A DNA stretch of 64,000 bases from an uncultured archaeon (GTDB lineage: Archaea > Asgardarchaeota > Lokiarchaeia > Sigyniarchaeales > SOKP01), in the NCBI GenBank assembly GCA_964388035.1, contig CAYLZE010000005.1:50087-114086 (forward strand), read 5' to 3'. Positions within the stretch are counted from its first letter, which is position 1, and each line of letters begins with the position of its first letter. This document shows, piece after piece, positions 59,212 through 64,000 of this stretch. Both the position numbers and the translations under genes were made by a program. Under the pieces are notes generated by a model. That model worked only from the letters and a program-made list of their open reading frames with translations, was not told the origin of the DNA and made no database searches.

Positions 59212-61670
59212 GTTTTGCATTATTAAAAGAAGAAATAATTGACGCAGGCTTATGCCAAGGATGTGGACTTTGTGCGGGATCATGCAAGCATATTGAAATG
59301 GATGTTATGCGTCCTAATATCAAAGATTATTGCATTTTAGAAAGAGGTGCGGAAGATTGTGGAAAATGTTATCAAAATTGTCCTCAAGTAAAACAAAAAT
59401 CATTTAAAGAAAAACAACCCACGGCTATTTATTCTTTAAGAAGTACTAATCCCGAAATTTTAGAGAAAGCAACAAGTGGAGGATTTATTACAGCTCTTAC
59501 GAAACATCTGTTGGAAGAAGGGATTTTAAAAAATATCGTCATGGTCCAAAATGTAGATGATCGAGCAAAAGCTTCGATTGTTTCGGATCCCAAGGAGGTA
59601 ATTAAGAAAGCCGGAGTTGTATATGGTCGTTCGGGAGTGCTAGAAAAGTTAGTTACCCTTACTGGTGATCCCACGGAGCAAATTGGTATTGTAGGCGTTC
59701 CTTGCGAAATGCGTGGTGCAGCGGAATTAGAAACGGAAATGAATCGAGACATATTAAAAATGGGATTATTTTGCAATTCGAGCATACGAACAGTACAAAC
59801 GGATCATGGATTGGTTTGTTCACCTTGCTGTAATGGATGTCCCTCGGGTGTTAATGCTCAAGGATATATATCCTTGATTCGAGAAGGTAAATATCAAGAA
59901 GCCGTCGATTTAATTAGAGAAAACAATCCCCTACCCTCGATTTGTGGAAGGATTTGTACTCATGAATGCGAGCATGGCTGTACTTTGATCGGAGAAGACC
60001 ATCCTGTTGCTATACGGGAGCTTAAAAAGTTTATCACAGAATGGGAGATAACCAATTCCGATAAAAAGTTTTCTCGTTGGAGTAAAAATAAGAAAGATAA
60101 GATTGCTATCATTGGATCGGGGCCAGCAGGACTTACAGCAGGATACTATTTGGCGAAAATGGGATATCAACCAACCATATTTGAGAAGAGTGATCAAGTC
60201 GGAGGCATGTTAAGGTTCGGGGTACCGCAGTTCAGGCTACCCAATTATGTTTTAGATTATGATATTCAAATGATCAAACGAGTTGGCGTGAATATTCAAA
60301 CAAATAAACCTTTTGGTCCTGAGATGACCATCGAAAATTTAAAAGATGAGGGATTTAAAGCTATTTTCATAGCTATTGGGCAATATAAACCAAGAACTCT
60401 TCATCTTGAAGGAGAAGATTTACCAAATGTATATGTTGCAATCAATTTTCTGATTGATAGGAAATACCGATATTGGGAACAGAAGGAGGAGTTTGTAGGC
60501 AAAACAATCGGGATTATTGGAGGAGGCCCCGTAGCAGTAGATGTTGGTCAAACTGCCCTAAGATTAGGAGCTGAAGAGGTTCATCTGGTGGATATAATGA
60601 ACGAACAAGATTTAGAATTAGTACTCAGGGATATCCCCGAAAATGAGAAACCTTTGATGAAATATCATTACACCACTTCAACTTCCAAAATCACACAAAA
60701 TTCAGAAAAGAAATTGGTGTTGAATTGTTATAAAATCGAATGGGGAGAACCAAATGAAACTGGGAGAAAAGAGTTAAAAAAAGTGGAAAACTCAGATTAC
60801 ACCATACCTGTTGACGTGATTGTCATAGCTGTTGGTCAAGCCGTTGATTTTGAACTAATTGACGTGGCAACAAATAACGAAATAGAAAAGGATAGAAATA
60901 AAATTTCAATTAATCCCATAACCTTTGAAACTAACCTTCCAGGAGTCTTCGCAGGTGGGGATATTGTTGCGAATTCTAAGGCGGTTGCTATTGCGGCGAT
61001 TGCACATGGAAAGGAAGCTGCTATTTCCATTGATAGATATCTCAAGGGTGAAGATTTACTACAAGGCAGATATAAACAAGATAAAATGTTCTTTACGGGT
61101 CCACGCAAACCTCCAAAAGATTATTCCCAAAAACCTGAAAGTTTAGAAGAGGCGACAGAGGATGTAAAATGGGATTTTTCTGAAATTGATGCCATGTTTA
61201 ATGAAGATCTTGCATTAAAAGAGGCTCGACGCTGTCTCAGCTGCAATCATTTCTGTGCTCATTGTCAAGACTTTCCTGCTATATATTCCGATTTTTCAGC
61301 GGGAGAGGTAGGCTCTAAGGAAGGATTTACTACGGTGGTTGCGTGGTCAGCAAGAGGAAAAGAAATTATTGATAATGCCATATCCATAGGATTATTTGAA
61401 GTCGGAGAGGTAAATCAGGAAGAATTAAGAAAGGCCATTCATCTTAAATCCAAGCGCGATTTACTAACTTTCGAAAAAACATCTCGTCAACAAGTTCTTG
61501 AATACATTACCAAGCAAGGACCCAGCACCATAAGCAACATGGCAGAAAATTTATCTTTGGAACCCAAAAAAGTGAGATATGAAGCCTTAAGATTAGTCCA
61601 ACTCAATAAAGTTGAAATGAAAATTCAAACGGGTACAAATGATCCATTATTTACCCTAACTTGCGATTAA
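59208..61670 (+). CDS. FrhB/FdhB-like protein with inserted GltD/NfnB-like FAD/NAD(P) oxidoreductase and C-terminal wHTH
   Basis: FrhB N-part (GLCQGCGLC, SGGFITAL, VGVPC, GLFC); GltD block (PCCNGCP...CGRICTHECEHGC, GSGPAG, FAGGD, EARRCLSC); FrhB C-part (CAHCQDF...SDFSAG.VGS..GFTTVV); HTH tail. Confidence 0.8.
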   Translation: MSFALLKEEIIDAGLCQGCGLCAGSCKHIEMDVMRPNIKDYCILERGAEDCGKCYQNCPQVKQKSFKEKQPTAIYSLRSTNPEILEKATSGGFITALTKHLLEEGILKNIVMVQNVDDRAKASIVSDPKEVIKKAGVVYGRSGVLEKLVTLTGDPTEQIGIVGVPCEMRGAAELETEMNRDILKMGLFCNSSIRTVQTDHGLVCSPCCNGCPSGVNAQGYISLIREGKYQEAVDLIRENNPLPSICGRICTHECEHGCTLIGEDHPVAIRELKKFITEWEITNSDKKFSRWSKNKKDKIAIIGSGPAGLTAGYYLAKMGYQPTIFEKSDQVGGMLRFGVPQFRLPNYVLDYDIQMIKRVGVNIQTNKPFGPEMTIENLKDEGFKAIFIAIGQYKPRTLHLEGEDLPNVYVAINFLIDRKYRYWEQKEEFVGKTIGIIGGGPVAVDVGQTALRLGAEEVHLVDIMNEQDLELVLRDIPENEKPLMKYHYTTSTSKITQNSEKKLVLNCYKIEWGEPNETGRKELKKVENSDYTIPVDVIVIAVGQAVDFELIDVATNNEIEKDRNKISINPITFETNLPGVFAGGDIVANSKAVAIAAIAHGKEAAISIDRYLKGEDLLQGRYKQDKMFFTGPRKPPKDYSQKPESLEEATEDVKWDFSEIDAMFNEDLALKEARRCLSCNHFCAHCQDFPAIYSDFSAGEVGSKEGFTTVVAWSARGKEIIDNAISIGLFEVGEVNQEELRKAIHLKSKRDLLTFEKTSRQQVLEYITKQGPSTISNMAENLSLEPKKVRYEALRLVQLNKVEMKIQTGTNDPLFTLTCD

Positions 61671-61699
61671 ATTAAAAAATAATTAAGGAGGAATTATAC

Positions 61700-61936
61700 A
61701 TGAAATGTGATAGTGAATTAAACGTTTGCGGATTGGTTTGTCCGGTTCCAGCTCTAAAGACTAAGCAAGAATTGCGAAAGATGCGTCCTGGAACGGTGCT
61801 TAAAGTAATTACCGATTACAAGCCAGCCAGCGAATCTGTTCCCAGAGACTTAGCTAAAACCAAGCACAAACATTTAGGAACGGAATTTAATGATGATGAC
61901 GAGCAATGGTACATGTATTTTGAAGTTGTAAAATAA
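61700..61936 (+). CDS. tusA: Second TusA/SirA sulfur carrier
   Basis: LNVCGLVCPVPALKTK (CPxP), LKVITD; SD AAGGAGG. Confidence 0.9.
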   Translation: MKCDSELNVCGLVCPVPALKTKQELRKMRPGTVLKVITDYKPASESVPRDLAKTKHKHLGTEFNDDDEQWYMYFEVVK

Positions 61937-62006
61937 CCAAAAATTAAATTATAAATAATTTCTTTTAATCTATCTTTTTTTTATTTTTTAGCATTTTAGC
62001 AACTTT

Positions 62007-62360
62007 TTACATCCAAGAGACTATTTTAGGATGATCTACTAAAAGATCCACTAAAGCGTTATAATCAATGAGTTTGATTTTTTCTTGTATCTCATTCAAA
62101 TCCATACCTCGTGCTTTCATATCAGGGACTAATGCGAAAAGATTAGCAGCTAACCCCATTAACTTTTCTAAATTAGGATTTATTTCTGACTTTTTTGAAA
62201 GACCAATAACCCCATCATGAAGGAACACTAAACTTACCTCAGCACTCAATACTTGAACTTGGTCCTCAATTATCTTAACTAATTCTTTAAAAGCTTTGTA
62301 TATATTAATACTATAACCAAACAAGTAAATAATTCTTTTGGATTCCATAACTTTTCCCAT
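62007..62360 (-). CDS. dsrH: DsrH/TusB family protein (copy 2)
   Basis: FLHDGV, PDMKARG, IDYNALVDLL...VSWM. Confidence 0.82.
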   Translation of the reverse strand: MGKVMESKRIIYLFGYSINIYKAFKELVKIIEDQVQVLSAEVSLVFLHDGVIGLSKKSEINPNLEKLMGLAANLFALVPDMKARGMDLNEIQEKIKLIDYNALVDLLVDHPKIVSWM

Positions 62361-62365
62361 CCTAT

Positions 62366-62743
62366 TTAATATTTAAACGTAAAATCTGCCTCTAATATTA
62401 ATTTTGAGATGAGATCATGACTAATTAGTTGAATACTATCACTTGTCATCAGGTCCCCCTCAGTTAAACCCAAAATTGTAAGATCTTCCTCACATATGTA
62501 AATTTCTAGATTCGAAAGGTCCATCAATTTTTTTAGATCATTCAAGGAATCCAAATTAAGTGCAAGAGGATCAATTTGGCGGTTTAAAAAATAAATAGCG
62601 TCCTTGAGTAATACCACCTTACAATCCTCAATATCTCCAACTGCTAATATGCCCGAGGCCAATCGAATTGATTCAATTACAGAATTCTTTCCAAACGGTG
62701 AATCTTCGCATATTATTAAAATTGAATTCATGTTGGTTTTCAT
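62366..62743 (-). CDS. dsrF: DsrF/TusC family protein (copy 2)
   Basis: DSPFGKNSVIESIR, LLKDAIY, ADFTFKY; start 62743 or 62731. Confidence 0.8.
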   Translation of the reverse strand: MKTNMNSILIICEDSPFGKNSVIESIRLASGILAVGDIEDCKVVLLKDAIYFLNRQIDPLALNLDSLNDLKKLMDLSNLEIYICEEDLTILGLTEGDLMTSDSIQLISHDLISKLILEADFTFKY

Positions 62744-63108
62744 CTCCCCGGTCCAAAAAAAATGACCCGATCTGAATTTGCTATTAATTCCGAAAGTCCT
62801 CCTAATCCCTCTATACATGCACTTTCTATGAATTCGGAAGACTTAATTCCCGTGATGCTTATCCACGTACTACAGGCCGCCACCTTGGCTTGATATTTAT
62901 TACTGAATTCAAGCAATCGTTTTGGTAAATTTCTAAATGAATTCCCGACTTCTCTATCACCTTTAATGCTATAGACGCCACTCCCATAGAAAAAGATTCC
63001 CAAAATCCGATGTCCTTTGCTGATAATTGCTTCTCCTAAATTAATTAAGGTATCCAATGCTTCATATTTATATGGTTCCGCTGAAACGATGAATGAAAAT
63101 GTTACCAT
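62740..63108 (-). CDS. dsrE: DsrE/TusD family protein (copy 2)
   Basis: AEPY, IFFYGSGVY, VAACSTW, SDRVIFF. Confidence 0.85.
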   Translation of the reverse strand: MVTFSFIVSAEPYKYEALDTLINLGEAIISKGHRILGIFFYGSGVYSIKGDREVGNSFRNLPKRLLEFSNKYQAKVAACSTWISITGIKSSEFIESACIEGLGGLSELIANSDRVIFFGPGR

Positions 63109-63229
63109 GTAATATTTTATTGAACTATACTATATTTTCTTAATGGTTATAATAGTTCAGCCATATTGAAAATTAAATAAAAATAAAAATAAAGAAGATA
63201 TATAAAAATAAAAAAAACAATTTGGTTAA

Positions 63230-63991
63230 TTAATTAGTCAGGGAGTCAAATATCTTGCCGTCTCTCATTCTTAAAATCTTATCAGCCAATGAGCCCATAT
63301 CGGGATCATGTGTTACCATTAATATAGTCTGATTGAGTTTTATATTCAAATCTCGGATTAATTGTACTATTTGCTTTCCATTCTCGCTATCTAACTCTCC
63401 CGTAGGTTCATCTGCCAGCAGAATGGCAGGTTCGTTAACTAAAGCTCTAGCAACCGCAACTCGTTGTTGTTCCCCGCCGGAAAGTTCAGAAGGGAGGAAA
63501 TCTTCTCGTTCACTTAATCCCACAAGATCGAGAAATCTATGTGCCGTTTCTTGGCGCTTTTCTTTGGGTTTATTTGCAAAGATCATGGGCAACTCCACGT
63601 TCTCAAAAGCTGTGAGGACAGGGACTAGATTATAAAATTGGAAGATGAATCCGATTTTATTTAGTCTCATCAGTGTGCGCTCATCATCATTCATGTGAGC
63701 AACATTCACCCCATTGATATAGACTTCACCACTAGTAGGAGTGTCTAAAGCACCGACCATGTTAAGGAGGGTTGTTTTACCCGATCCGGATGGACCCATA
63801 ACGGAAATAAATTCTCCTCTCTTGACATTGAGCGTTACACCATCAAGCGCTTTTACGAGTATCCCTTCGGTAATTTGATAATTTTTTTTAAGATCAAAGG
63901 TTTGAATCATTAAGTCCGGATCTAATTCTCTTTTCGTACTTTCTTTTTCTAAAACGGTTTTGGCATATTTTTCCTCTTTCATTTTCACCAT
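63230..63991 (-). CDS. ABC transporter ATP-binding protein (LolD/MacB type)
   Basis: GPSGSGKTT, IGFIFQFYNL, LSGGEQQRVAVARAL, ADEPTGELD. Confidence 0.92.
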   Translation of the reverse strand: MVKMKEEKYAKTVLEKESTKRELDPDLMIQTFDLKKNYQITEGILVKALDGVTLNVKRGEFISVMGPSGSGKTTLLNMVGALDTPTSGEVYINGVNVAHMNDDERTLMRLNKIGFIFQFYNLVPVLTAFENVELPMIFANKPKEKRQETAHRFLDLVGLSEREDFLPSELSGGEQQRVAVARALVNEPAILLADEPTGELDSENGKQIVQLIRDLNIKLNQTILMVTHDPDMGSLADKILRMRDGKIFDSLTN

Positions 63992-64000
63992 CTCATTTCT

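Noticed and set aside
1-64000. tRNA, rRNA, transposase, integrase or cas genes
   Set aside because: None recognised; no GC-rich structured RNA tract was seen.

Overview
An AT-rich archaeal chromosomal segment, most likely from an Asgard archaeon of the Lokiarchaeia. The support is a Loki-CTERM-type IPGY-TM-RRKK tail, a gelsolin-like domain, an LRR protein, aEF-1beta, an Sm protein and RIO2. The left and middle parts carry housekeeping and metabolic genes: iorAB, porCDAB, metV/metF, mutS/mutL, nagB, a triplicated ABC-2 exporter and two RNase J-like genes. They also hold decayed defence relics: a PIN toxin with an altered active site, a frameshifted DUF5615 toxin, and an orphan 2-repeat CRISPR mini-array missed by the ORF track. 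The main signal is at 50.4-63.1 kb. A methanogen-type hdrCBA-mvhD operon there has no [NiFe] large subunit. It instead encodes an atypical MvhG-like protein and an 820-aa FrhB protein with a whole GltD/NfnB-like flavoenzyme inserted into it. Nine sulfur-carrier genes bracket the operon (2x tusA, 2x dsrEFH, 1x dsrE2-like). Three promoters in the cluster share an identical 18-mer and three TGTGAT boxes phased 31-33 bp apart, next to a divergent Lrp regulator. I infer a co-regulated, H2-independent Hdr/persulfide-carrier system. All family assignments come from motif recognition by eye; no searches were run.
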